Shown here: piece after piece, positions 38,636-48,700 of the stretch
Layout of the letters: each line of letters starts with the position of its first letter
How positions within the stretch are numbered: the stretch's first letter is position 1
IMG/VR virus record: IMGVR_UViG_3300020810_001156
Span: 188,604 to 252,603 of that record
Length of the DNA stretch: 64,000 nt
Direction: 5' to 3' (one strand)
Notes under the pieces: model-generated
Databases searched by the model: none
What the model was told of the DNA's origin: nothing
Seen by the model: only the letters and a program-made list of their open reading frames with translations
Translations under genes and position numbers: made by a program

Positions 38636-39847
38636 ATGACAGATTTTAAAATTGGTTTTGTAAAGAATGAAGTTTATAAGGTGGAGGCCTTTGGTAACTC
38701 ATTTAAACTGATTGATACTAAAGGTACGAAAGTTGGTACTTTGGGTATCGGAACTGGTACTCGTAAGAGCGCCTATGAGAATGGAGAAGCTCTCCAAGCT
38801 TATGTTCAAAAGAATGGTAAGAAAGTTTACCGAAAAGTTGGTATGGATGTTTACAACAACTTAGTTGCTCCGATGGCTACCGAAAATGGTGGTGTTCAAT
38901 TCGAAGATAAATCGGACCATACGGCTATTAAAGATTTTATCCACAAAGGTTCAGTAAACCTTAAACCAACTGAGTTGGTGATGACTGAACTAAAGTGGAA
39001 GTATCTCATCAGAAGTGCGGTGAGAGCTAAGAATATTATGATGACAGGACCTGCTGGTTGTGGTAAAACTATGGCCGCTAAAGCATTGGTTAAAGCACTT
39101 GACCGTCCTGATTTTTACTTCAACTTAGGAGCAACGCAAGACCCGCGAGCTACCCTAATTGGTAACACACAATTCGATTCTAAGAATGGTACTTACTTCT
39201 CAGAATCATCATTCATCAAAGCAATCAAAACTCCAAACGCAGTTATCCTATTGGATGAGTTGAGTAGAGCTCACCCTGATGCTTGGAACATTTTGATGAC
39301 CGTTTTAGATGGTGGACAACGATACATCCGATTGGATGAAGCAGAAGGTTCACCAATTGTGAAAGTTGCTGAAGGAGTTACCTTCATCGCTACGGCTAAC
39401 ATTGGTAATGAATATACATCGACCAGAGTTATTGACCGAGCGATTCTTGACCGATTCGTTACCATTGAAATGGATGTTCTAAATGATGAGCAAGAATTTG
39501 GTTTGTTGAAGTTTATGTTCCCTGAGGTGAACGAAGAAGATTTAAAAGCTGTAGCGGAAATCGCACACCATACTCGAACTCAATCGATGAGTGATAGTGG
39601 TAAAGTTACAGCAATGGTTTCCACTCGTGCTAGTGTTGAGATGGCTGGATTGATTTATGATGGTTTCGATTTATTCGAAGCAGCTGAGATTTCAATCTTC
39701 CCATTCTTCTCTAACGATGGTGGAGTTGATTCTGAAAGAACTTACATTAAGCAGTTAGTTCAGAAGTATGTGAAAGATGAGGGTGAAGCTCTCTTCAATG
39801 AGCAGGAAACCGAAACGAATTCGGAAGATGAGATTCCGATGTTTTAG
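38636..39847 (+). CDS. MoxR/CbbQ/NorQ-like AAA+ ATPase
   Basis: GPAGCGKT, LLDELSR, ATAN, D.A..DRF, STR. Confidence 0.9.
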   Translation: MTDFKIGFVKNEVYKVEAFGNSFKLIDTKGTKVGTLGIGTGTRKSAYENGEALQAYVQKNGKKVYRKVGMDVYNNLVAPMATENGGVQFEDKSDHTAIKDFIHKGSVNLKPTELVMTELKWKYLIRSAVRAKNIMMTGPAGCGKTMAAKALVKALDRPDFYFNLGATQDPRATLIGNTQFDSKNGTYFSESSFIKAIKTPNAVILLDELSRAHPDAWNILMTVLDGGQRYIRLDEAEGSPIVKVAEGVTFIATANIGNEYTSTRVIDRAILDRFVTIEMDVLNDEQEFGLLKFMFPEVNEEDLKAVAEIAHHTRTQSMSDSGKVTAMVSTRASVEMAGLIYDGFDLFEAAEISIFPFFSNDGGVDSERTYIKQLVQKYVKDEGEALFNEQETETNSEDEIPMF

Positions 39848-39870
39848 GGTTAATCAATTACGCTGAGAAA

Positions 39871-39904
39871 TGGGGGAGCTCTCAACTCCCCCAAATCTCT
39901 TTTT
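39871..39904 (+). terminator. Rho-independent terminator
   Basis: GGGGGAG...CTCCCCC hairpin followed by a T-rich tract. Confidence 0.65.
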
Positions 39905-39920
39905 AATTAAAACCTAAATT

Positions 39921-40241
39921 ATGTTAAGAAAAATAAACTGGAAATTTAGAAAAACACATATATCAATCACACCTATCAGCTTATTCATAAATGAAAGATG
40001 GGAAGGTTGGGGATTTGATATTTTGAATGTAAAGTATAACCTTTGGGAAGGTTCTCTTCTCAAAATGACTTGGACTCTACCTAATGGAGCCGAAAAGAAA
40101 TTCTCGTTTAGTGGTGATTTCCTATTCCTCAGACAAAAGTTGATAAAACAAATGTCTGATGTAAGTGATAGAATGTTATGGGGAACTGCTACTACTTGGG
40201 ATGTAAACAAATATTGGATATTAAAATTTATATTTAAATAA
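39921..40241 (+). CDS. Hypothetical protein
   Basis: ORF on the coding strand. Confidence 0.5.
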   Translation: MLRKINWKFRKTHISITPISLFINERWEGWGFDILNVKYNLWEGSLLKMTWTLPNGAEKKFSFSGDFLFLRQKLIKQMSDVSDRMLWGTATTWDVNKYWILKFIFK

Positions 40242-40381
40242 TGAGTAAGCAAACAAAAGATTGGATGGAAAAGTTAGTTGAAAACTATCGGATTCCAACT
40301 GAGGAAGAAACTCAGAAAAAAGTAGAACCTAAAAAGATGTTAAACGAATCTCAGCTTAAAAAGATTTTAAGTAAAGATTAA
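40241..40381 (+). CDS. 46-aa hypothetical protein (not in ORF track)
   Basis: Read by hand: MSKQTKDWMEKLVE...MLNESQLKKILSKD. Confidence 0.4.
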   Translation: MSKQTKDWMEKLVENYRIPTEEETQKKVEPKKMLNESQLKKILSKD

Positions 40382-40386
40382 TAATG

Positions 40387-40418
40387 TTTGTTTAATTAAA
40401 CATTTTTTCGTATATTTG
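40387..40418 (+). promoter_or_regulatory. Bacteroidota-type promoter
   Basis: TTTG-N20-TATATTTG. Confidence 0.75.
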
Positions 40419-40581
40419 TATTATTAATTAAACATTATGAAAATTAAATCTGAATTACATAAGTTGCACGAAATAGAAAGAACTCTAAAGTTCGATATTG
40501 AGGCAAGTTATGATGAAGTAAAATCAGATAAGTTATCTAAACATCACGATAATATATTAAGTTTAATCAAAGATTTAGAAG

Positions 40582-41070
40582 ATGGGATATAATCCGTTTA
40601 GATATTATACTCAGGGTAAATATAGAAAAAGACCTTTAAAATCATATTCACCATTATTACTAAAAATCAGAAATGGTGATTTCGAATACTCACCTTACTT
40701 TTTAGAAGCAGATGATAATCATAAGTTGTACGATAAGATGTACAATGAATATATGAAAACTTCTCATCTTAAAAATATAAACGATAAGAAGCATGAAGCT
40801 CATCAAGTTGCTAAGATGAAAAGAATCAAAGCACATAAGTTGATGGAAGTCGGTATGGTAGAAGAACAAAGTAGATTATACCAACTTAGAAAAGAACTAA
40901 CTGCTGAGTTCGGAAAAGATTTGTGGGATAAAGCTCATGAAAGACAGAGAGGTAAAGGAACAACCGAAGATTTGTATTGGTGGTATAAGAAGCAAGTAGG
41001 AATGGGACAAACACCATCAGAGATGGCAATCACGTTAGGTAGAAAAACAACTAAAGGATTACAACCATGA
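40582..41070 (+). CDS. Hypothetical protein
   Basis: ORF; LLLKIRNGDFEYS motif. Confidence 0.55.
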   Translation: MGYNPFRYYTQGKYRKRPLKSYSPLLLKIRNGDFEYSPYFLEADDNHKLYDKMYNEYMKTSHLKNINDKKHEAHQVAKMKRIKAHKLMEVGMVEEQSRLYQLRKELTAEFGKDLWDKAHERQRGKGTTEDLYWWYKKQVGMGQTPSEMAITLGRKTTKGLQP

Positions 41071-41257
41071 TAGAATCATATATGAAAGTAGTTAGAACCA
41101 TTCAAAGTGCTCATTATCAACATATGACCAATGGTTCAGTAATTAATCTAATAAATAATTTTGGTAATATGTATAATAAGGATAGGCATTATAGTGATTT
41201 AATGCGTATCTATAACGAAAAGTTAAATCAATTAGAAACAACTAAGAGTTAATAAAA

Positions 41258-41533
41258 ATGGAAATTGTAAAGAGTAGATATGGTTTAGATAGAACCATTG
41301 AGAAAATCGGTTCAGACCGATTAAGAGTTATGGGGGAATCACAGTTCTCAAGACAAGCTCAAAATGATGAAGGTAAAATTACAATGTTTGACTTTGAAGG
41401 AGGTCCTTGTTTATCTGTTGGTGGAGATATTCACTACCAAAAGATGAAATGGAAAATCAAATCAATCACACCCGAAGTAAGTCCACATGAGGGATTAGGT
41501 AGTTGTATCCTTTCAGTAGTACCAAACTATTAA
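41258..41533 (+). CDS. Hypothetical phage protein
   Basis: KSRYG..R, DFEGGP..SVG. Confidence 0.55.
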   Translation: MEIVKSRYGLDRTIEKIGSDRLRVMGESQFSRQAQNDEGKITMFDFEGGPCLSVGGDIHYQKMKWKIKSITPEVSPHEGLGSCILSVVPNY

Positions 41534-41741
41534 TGAACAACATATTCAATTATATTACAGATAATGATGATAGTATCATCAAAGACCCATTAATTACAAA
41601 GGAAATATTATCACAACTTACTCCTGCTCAGAATAGATTTTTGAATAAAGGTAAAATGTTATTTAATCCTATTAATGGTGATATGATTGTACCAATGATG
41701 ACTCAAAACGGAATAGCAAAAATCATAGTAAATATATTCTA

Positions 41742-41906
41742 ATGGTTAATAAAAAAGAAGTATTCGTATATTTCAACGAAGAGTGGAACGAGCACCCCAC
41801 CGATGGAGATGACGGGGATGAAGATTTTATAGATGGTGTGGATACATATTATCCACCAAAAGAAGATTTAACTTATTACGATGATTACGAAGATTATGGT
41901 TGTTAA
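41742..41906 (+). CDS. Highly acidic 54-aa protein (not in ORF track)
   Basis: Read by hand; 18 of 54 residues are D/E; followed by a hairpin at about 41907-41936. Confidence 0.5.
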   Translation: MVNKKEVFVYFNEEWNEHPTDGDDGDEDFIDGVDTYYPPKEDLTYYDDYEDYGC

Positions 41907-42447
41907 CCCCATTACCTCCTTTTGGTGGGGTGGGAGTCGTTGACCTAATTTTTTTTGATAGTAAATTTTCGTTATATTTATACATATAAATTAATATATG
42001 AAGATTGATTACATCATATACTCAGTTCAACATTCGATAGGTATCCAGCCCAAATGGGAAACCGAGCTTATCGAATCGGATACTCACTTAAAAACCTATA
42101 AAGGGTGGATGAGTAAAGAAAGGGTATGTAAGAAAAAATGTGATGAGTTATATCACAATCGATTAAACTTTCTAAAGGGATGGCTAAGATAAAGAAGTTC
42201 ATCCTTCGTATGGGAGAGGAAATGTGGAAGAGTATTGAAATGGGATTTTATCCCTTTTGGTTTTAATATGGGGCACTTAAAAGAAAATAATATTACTTAT
42301 TGGAAACATTGGGCCTTTGCGATGAAACTTTCCCTCGCTCTTTTTATACACGGATGGTTTCCTAACATCCTCACCGATTACGCATCCAAAGAGATGGAAA
42401 AATCAAAAGGAAAAAAGGATATCAACATTACGGATTATTTTTAACAA

Positions 42448-43071
42448 ATGGAAAACAAAATGAAAAAATACTTAAATTTATTACTACTTATCATCCTATT
42501 TGGATGTACTGCTGAAGCGCAGGAAATCACTCCATCTCAAGACCTGAGAGAAGAGGTAATTGTGGAAACTCCTATCTTTAAAGTGTGGTACTCTGAAGTG
42601 AAGGAACAACCCACAAAAGTGACCTATACGGTCTTATGTCCTACACCCGGTGTGAGTAGAGATGGATTAGATTTTTATACGGAATCGGATTATCATACTT
42701 CGGATGATGATGATTATTATTCTAATCCTTGGGATAAGGGACATATGGCACCTGCTGCGGCATTTAATTGTAGTAGGGATATGTTGAAACAAACATTTAC
42801 TTATCTAAATTCTGCTCTACAATATGAATCTCTAAATAGAGGAGTTTGGAATAAGTTAGAGGAATTTGAAAGAAATCTTGCTAACTTTTATGAAGTTAAT
42901 GTAGAGATACAAATTAACTTTGTAGAGAATCCACCTAAAGTAAGTGGTGGAGCTTCAATACCCGAATCGTTTTTAAAGATAATTAGATGGGGAGATAAAG
43001 AAGAGAGATTTTTATTTCCTAATCAAAATACTTCGGGAACGGATTGGACTGATTATATAGTAATAGATTAG
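42448..43071 (+). CDS. DNA/RNA non-specific endonuclease (NucA-like), probable lipoprotein
   Basis: DKGHMAPA, N..LQ...LNRG.W..LE; lipobox LFGC. Confidence 0.88.
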   Translation: MENKMKKYLNLLLLIILFGCTAEAQEITPSQDLREEVIVETPIFKVWYSEVKEQPTKVTYTVLCPTPGVSRDGLDFYTESDYHTSDDDDYYSNPWDKGHMAPAAAFNCSRDMLKQTFTYLNSALQYESLNRGVWNKLEEFERNLANFYEVNVEIQINFVENPPKVSGGASIPESFLKIIRWGDKEERFLFPNQNTSGTDWTDYIVID

Positions 43072-43090
43072 AAAAAATTAAATAAAGGTT

Positions 43091-44431
43091 ATGATAACAC
43101 CCTTTTCGGTATTAGATACTCGAACAAAGGAATGGAAGAAAAAGAAAGAAGAGTGGATTGCTACCTACGGAATTCAATCTGAGTTAGGTAGGGAGGATAC
43201 CCAATCGAAAACCCAATTTTGGGATTCTCCAACTAACGTTTCTATTTTTGACCCGGTTCTTTGTGAAGTAATGTACGATTGGTTCGTACCGAAGGGTGGA
43301 AAAATCCTAGACCCATTTGCTGGTGGAAGTGTAAGAGGAATCGTAGCTGAAGAAATGGGGTACAAATATGTAGGTATCGACCTTTCTAAAAAACAAATCC
43401 TTGCAAATCAAAAACAAAGTTCAAAACCCTTTTGGATTGATGGAGATGCTGATAAAGTTCTCTTTAATTTAGAAGGTGGATTCGATTTTGTATTTACCTG
43501 CCCTCCTTATTATGATTTAGAAGTGTATTCGGATTCTCCTTATGATTTATCGAATATGAAAGAAAAACAATTTGATGATAAATTGGATTCTATCATTTAT
43601 AAATCTGCTCTGAAGTTGAAAGAGAACCGATTTTTTGGGATTGTGGTAAGTGAGGTGAGAAATCCTTCAACGACTGGGAATTATTCCATAGGTAATTATA
43701 GAGGATTGGTTTGGAAAACAATAAAGATGTGTGAATCACACGGATTGAAGTTCTATAATGATATGATATTATTCAATTCCCAACATCAGGCATCTCGAGT
43801 AGGTAAAACTTACTTTGAAAGAAATAGAAAAATACCATCAGTACATCAAAATGTATTGATATTTGTTAAGGGGAATCCCGATATTGCTACCGAAGAAATC
43901 AAAGGTGGTGAGTTTGAATGTCAAGTAAAGGGTACAAAATACTTGACTTTCAGACACGCTGCTATTTCAATCGACCCAAACAAATTAGTTGCTTCTGAAG
44001 TTAAAAGAAGATGTGTAAGTAGAAAATCAAAATATAAAGATTGGCAGATAATTGGTGAGGAGACTCGACCAGAGATAAAATATGTTATAGGAGATATTCC
44101 ATTTGAATCACCTTTACAAGTTTTGGAAGTTATTCCTGAATTAACTGAATCACAATGTAGAAATTACTTTGAATCAAACTCTAAGAAGTTTCAACATTGG
44201 AAAAGAGTGAATCCATCGGATTGGAATATATCTTATAAACAAATGGAGGATTTATGGAATTTATCTGATAAAGCAGGTGGAATAAGTATTTACTCCGAAA
44301 CCATTCAATGTGGTGATAAAAAATTCATTTCAGTTAACGAAGCTGCAAAGGAATTTGGAATAAGTGGAGAACGAGTTAGACAAAAGTTAAGGTCTGATAA
44401 TTATAAAGACTGGAAATATTTGGATAATTAA
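43091..44431 (+). CDS. N4/N6 DNA methyltransferase with C-terminal NUMOD1-like HTH repeats
   Basis: DPFAGGS, GIDL, TCPPY; tail FISVNEAAKEFGIS. Confidence 0.8.
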   Translation: MITPFSVLDTRTKEWKKKKEEWIATYGIQSELGREDTQSKTQFWDSPTNVSIFDPVLCEVMYDWFVPKGGKILDPFAGGSVRGIVAEEMGYKYVGIDLSKKQILANQKQSSKPFWIDGDADKVLFNLEGGFDFVFTCPPYYDLEVYSDSPYDLSNMKEKQFDDKLDSIIYKSALKLKENRFFGIVVSEVRNPSTTGNYSIGNYRGLVWKTIKMCESHGLKFYNDMILFNSQHQASRVGKTYFERNRKIPSVHQNVLIFVKGNPDIATEEIKGGEFECQVKGTKYLTFRHAAISIDPNKLVASEVKRRCVSRKSKYKDWQIIGEETRPEIKYVIGDIPFESPLQVLEVIPELTESQCRNYFESNSKKFQHWKRVNPSDWNISYKQMEDLWNLSDKAGGISIYSETIQCGDKKFISVNEAAKEFGISGERVRQKLRSDNYKDWKYLDN

Positions 44432-44450
44432 AATAAATTTCGTATATTTG
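44419..44450 (+). promoter_or_regulatory. Bacteroidota-type promoter of the TonB-receptor unit
   Basis: TTTG-N20-TATATTTG. Confidence 0.75.
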
Positions 44451-44468
44451 TAAAATTAAACTAAAAAA

Positions 44469-46445
44469 ATGAAAAAAATATTGGTAATTATGTTGAGTAT
44501 GGTGAGTATTTCCCTATCTGCTCAACAAAGTGATACGACTATCGTATTAGATGATGTAGTAATAACTGCTACTAGAAGTGAGATAAGTTTGGAAGATTCA
44601 CCCGTACCAACGGAAGTGATTGGAAAGAAAGAGATTGAAGAACTAAATTTAATTACGATGCAAGACCTCCTTAATTTAAAAGGATTTGTTGCACCGATGA
44701 AAAGTGGAGGTTTCCAATTAAGAGGATTATCTTCCGAATATGTTTTAGTAATGATTGATGGAGTTCCAATCGCAGGTAGAGAAAGTGGTGCATTAGATAT
44801 CTCGAATATCAACCTTGCAAATGTGGAAAGAGTTGAAATTGTAAAAGGTTCAATGTCTGCACTTTGGGGTAACCATGCAATTGGTGGTGTAATCAACATC
44901 ATTACAAAGAAGAGTGGAGAACCATCTATAATGTTGAATACACAATATGGAACAAACAACACATCATTAGTTGGATTAACTTCAACAGTGGGTAAAGATA
45001 AATTTAAGAACATATCTAAGATTACATTAGGAAGTTCAGATGGTTTTGATATCGACCCATTAACTTATGGTCAAAATCAATTACCATTTAAGTTGTTGAA
45101 TATTACCAATAGAACTACTTACGATGATGGAACGAACCAATACTCATTAGGATTAACTCACTTAGGAAAAACATCCGAAGGTGAAACTGTAACTGAAACA
45201 AATACTCAGGGGCAATTAGTACCAGTTGATGAGGTAAACGAATCCCAAAACTTTATTGTTGATTTGAACTACAAAAGAAGTTTTGGTAAATATGTGAGTG
45301 AGATTAAAGTATCTAATTCAAACTTCAGTAACTCAAACAAATCTTCTTTTGAATATTTCGGACAACAAGTAGTTCAGTTAGATGAGAGTGACCAAAACAT
45401 TTTCCAACCTGAGATGATTAACAATTACAATTGGAATTCTAAAAACTCAACTACATTTGGATTTGGTTATAGAGGACACGATTACGATACTGAAAGATAT
45501 GGTGGTGATAAATCTCTAAACTCTTACTTTGGATATGTTCAACATTATCTAAACTTAGATAAACTAAATTTAGTAGTTGGTGGTAGATACGATAACTATT
45601 CAGATTTTGGAAACAACTTCTCACCAAAAGTATCTGCAACTTATGATTTGGGGAAATTCAAATTGAGTTCATCGGTTGGTTATGGATTCAGAGTACCTGA
45701 TTTTAGAACCTTATACATTAACTATGGTGGATTCTCATCTGGGTATTGGGTATTAGGTTCGTATAACATTGAAGAACAAATCAATTTTTATTCTCAACAA
45801 AATCTAATTGCATTTGTATCTTATGGATTAGAAGATATTACTCAACTAAGTCCTGAAACTTCTATCTCATATGATTTTGGTGTATCGTATAAATTAAATG
45901 AGAGTAGTAAAGTAGGATTAAACTTATTTAGAACCAATACAACTGATTTGATTGAATCAGTTCTTGCTGGAATGTTTGTAAACCAAACTTTACTTTTTGG
46001 ATACACAAATATCTCAGAAGCAACATTTACAGGTTTAGAGTTTGAAACTTTGATTCAAAAAGATAGATTTAGATTTGATGGTTCTTATCAGTATTTAGAA
46101 ACTGAAGCAAATAAAGCAGATGGAACTGAATTCTTTTTGGGTGAAAGACCTAAACATTTAGTTAACCTTGCAACTACTTATACATTGAAGAATGGTTTAT
46201 CATTAACTTTAAATGGAGTTCATAAATCAGAGTACTTCTTTAGAGATGTTGATAGAAGTGGAACTCAGGACGCAAATGAGTTTGTACCTTCTCACACATT
46301 GTTGAATACTTTGATAAGTTCTCCTGTTGTTAAGAATATGACAGTTGGTGTTGGTGTTAACAATATTTTAGATTTTACTAATGTAGAGTATCTAAAACAA
46401 CAAAATGGTAGAACCATTTTTGGAAAAGTAACTTATAAATTTTAA
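44469..46445 (+). CDS. TonB-dependent outer-membrane receptor (CirA/BtuB/HmuR-like)
   Basis: Signal peptide, VVITATR, plug IDGVP...VERVEIVKGS.SALWG..AIGGVINIITK, beta-barrel, C-terminal YKF. Confidence 0.92.
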   Translation: MKKILVIMLSMVSISLSAQQSDTTIVLDDVVITATRSEISLEDSPVPTEVIGKKEIEELNLITMQDLLNLKGFVAPMKSGGFQLRGLSSEYVLVMIDGVPIAGRESGALDISNINLANVERVEIVKGSMSALWGNHAIGGVINIITKKSGEPSIMLNTQYGTNNTSLVGLTSTVGKDKFKNISKITLGSSDGFDIDPLTYGQNQLPFKLLNITNRTTYDDGTNQYSLGLTHLGKTSEGETVTETNTQGQLVPVDEVNESQNFIVDLNYKRSFGKYVSEIKVSNSNFSNSNKSSFEYFGQQVVQLDESDQNIFQPEMINNYNWNSKNSTTFGFGYRGHDYDTERYGGDKSLNSYFGYVQHYLNLDKLNLVVGGRYDNYSDFGNNFSPKVSATYDLGKFKLSSSVGYGFRVPDFRTLYINYGGFSSGYWVLGSYNIEEQINFYSQQNLIAFVSYGLEDITQLSPETSISYDFGVSYKLNESSKVGLNLFRTNTTDLIESVLAGMFVNQTLLFGYTNISEATFTGLEFETLIQKDRFRFDGSYQYLETEANKADGTEFFLGERPKHLVNLATTYTLKNGLSLTLNGVHKSEYFFRDVDRSGTQDANEFVPSHTLLNTLISSPVVKNMTVGVGVNNILDFTNVEYLKQQNGRTIFGKVTYKF

Positions 46446-46452
46446 AAACTAT

Positions 46453-47619
46453 ATGAAAAAGATGATTTTATGTGGATTGATGTTGCTGATGGGTACATCA
46501 TCTTTTGCTTCTCACCTATTGGGTGGGTACATTCAAACAACTCAAAGGAATTCAAGTGATACTGTTGATGTGGTAGTAACTTTATTTACTGACCCTCAAG
46601 GAATTGGTAATCCAACTTCTATTTCTTTAGCGGAATGGAAATTGGTAAATGGTTTTTATCAAACCAATGGTAACTTTACACTTTCTCAACAACTAACTGG
46701 AAGTTGGCAAGGTGTAAATGTGTATGTGTATAGTGGTATTAGAATATTAAGTAGTGGTGATTATCGTTTCATCTACACCAATTGTTGTAGAGGAATGTTG
46801 AGTAACGCATCATCTGCAATGAATAGTAACTTTACTATTGCAATGGATTACAAAAAATCACTTCTACCAAACTCAGCACCTATCATTCTCAACCCACTTC
46901 CAATCAATTGGGTAAATGGTGATACTGCACAATCAATTCTATTTGCGGTAGATGTAGATGGTGATTCGGTAATGGTTGAAAAGGATGATGCTATTAACCA
47001 ACACTCAAACAATACATTTGTACCACTTTCACCATTTACTCAATTAGGTAGTTATGGTAGTTATTATGTGGATGTAAATGGAACAATTGAATGGGCTCCA
47101 AATACCAATGGAACATTTGGTACTGGATATAAAGTAAGTGAAATCAGAAATGGACAAGTTATTGGAGTGAATAGAATTCAACAAGTCTATATGGTTCAAC
47201 CTGGTTCAACACCAAATGTACCAAACTTAAACCCAATGATTACAGCCGATTTGGTAAATGGTGATTCACTTCAATATACCACATCCATTTCAAACGCAAC
47301 TTCAACTGAGTTGATTATTCCAAATGTAGATGTAACTCAAACTTCAGATTCAACTTGGACTTTGAATAATCTTCAAATGGGAACATACAATGGAGTATTG
47401 AGAGCTAGTAGTAACTCATCAAATATGGATTATTACATTACTTTAGTGGTAACATCTACAATCGGAATCGAAGAGAATGTTTCAGATATGGATACTTCTT
47501 ACGAAGTTTACGATTGGACTGGAAAATACATTGGTAAAGATGTAAATTGGGAGCAATTAAATGGTTTGTATATAATTAAACATAGTAACGGAACAATAGA
47601 AAAAATCTACAATATATGA
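46453..47619 (+). CDS. Secreted protein with a T9SS-type C-terminal domain
   Basis: Signal peptide + ASHLLGG, NCCR, NSAP, DVDGDS; tail IGIEE..YDWTGK..GLYIIK..GTIEK. Confidence 0.65.
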   Translation: MKKMILCGLMLLMGTSSFASHLLGGYIQTTQRNSSDTVDVVVTLFTDPQGIGNPTSISLAEWKLVNGFYQTNGNFTLSQQLTGSWQGVNVYVYSGIRILSSGDYRFIYTNCCRGMLSNASSAMNSNFTIAMDYKKSLLPNSAPIILNPLPINWVNGDTAQSILFAVDVDGDSVMVEKDDAINQHSNNTFVPLSPFTQLGSYGSYYVDVNGTIEWAPNTNGTFGTGYKVSEIRNGQVIGVNRIQQVYMVQPGSTPNVPNLNPMITADLVNGDSLQYTTSISNATSTELIIPNVDVTQTSDSTWTLNNLQMGTYNGVLRASSNSSNMDYYITLVVTSTIGIEENVSDMDTSYEVYDWTGKYIGKDVNWEQLNGLYIIKHSNGTIEKIYNI

Positions 47620-48473
47620 AGATATTAGTAACTGGCGGGAACGGCTTTATCGGTTCAAATCTAATTAAGAAACTATTATCTGAAGGACACGAAGTGGTAT
47701 CTTTGGATGATTTATCAACTGGGTTAAAAGAGTACGAAGTTGAAGGATGTAATTATGTTTATGGAGATATTGAAAATCTTCTGTATTGGAAAGGTGAATC
47801 TTTTGATTTATGTTATCATCTCGCTGCGTTAGCTAGAATCGTTCCATCATTTGAGGACCCGATGGAAACCTTTAGAGTAGACACTCAAGGTGTAATGGTA
47901 GTTGCTGAATGGGCTAGACAAAATAATGTAAAGGTTGTATATAGTGGTTCATCATCTCGTTGGTGTAATCCCGAAACTTCACCATATGCAACTTGTAAAA
48001 AATTAGGTGAAGATATTCTCAAAATGTATCGAACTGCTTATGGATGTGATTTTGAAATCGCAAGATTCTATAATGTATATGGACCAAATGAATTGGTTGA
48101 TGGACAGTGGGCAGCTGTGATTGGTATTTGGAGAAAACAAATCGAAGAAGGTAAACCAATCACAATTATATCAGATGGAGAACAAAGAAGAGATTTTACT
48201 CATGTAGATGATATTTGTGATGCTCTATATAAGATTGGTACAAGTGATAAAAAGCATGAAGATGCTTGGGAATTGGGTACAGGTATGAATTACTCAATTA
48301 ATGAAGTATTTGATTTCTTCCAAGAATCATTTGGTGATTTGGAAAAAGTACATCTGCCTGATGTACCAGGAAATTATAGACAAACTCTTAGAGAGAATGA
48401 TGATACTTTGGAGAGATTGGAATGGGCACCCAAAGATAGTTTAAGAGATTATATTTTATCTCTTAACAAGTAA
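47616..48473 (+). CDS. NAD-dependent sugar epimerase/dehydratase
   Basis: TGGNGFIG, YATCK, RFYNVYGP, RDFTHV. Confidence 0.9.
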   Translation: MKILVTGGNGFIGSNLIKKLLSEGHEVVSLDDLSTGLKEYEVEGCNYVYGDIENLLYWKGESFDLCYHLAALARIVPSFEDPMETFRVDTQGVMVVAEWARQNNVKVVYSGSSSRWCNPETSPYATCKKLGEDILKMYRTAYGCDFEIARFYNVYGPNELVDGQWAAVIGIWRKQIEEGKPITIISDGEQRRDFTHVDDICDALYKIGTSDKKHEDAWELGTGMNYSINEVFDFFQESFGDLEKVHLPDVPGNYRQTLRENDDTLERLEWAPKDSLRDYILSLNK

Positions 48474-48505
48474 AAAGAGGTTTAACGAATAAAATATTAT
48501 CGGTT

Positions 48506-48700
48506 ATGAAATATGGTATATTGTTTATCATTGTTATTTTATTTTCTGGTTTTTCACAAACTGAAAGTGAGTGGGAAAAGAAATACAACTCGGTGAAGGA
48601 AGAAAGAGATATGTACAAAAAGACATCAGAGATGTTGTTGAAAAATTGGAAAGAGTGTGAAGAAAAAGTAACAAAGATTATTAGTGAGCAAGTTAATTAA
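48506..48700 (+). CDS. Small secreted/membrane coiled-coil protein
   Basis: N-terminal hydrophobic stretch. Confidence 0.4.
   Translation: MKYGILFIIVILFSGFSQTESEWEKKYNSVKEERDMYKKTSEMLLKNWKECEEKVTKIISEQVN

Noticed and set aside
42448-44431. Restriction-modification pair (nuclease next to methyltransferase)
   Set aside because: The nuclease is a non-specific NucA-type enzyme with an export signal, not a restriction enzyme
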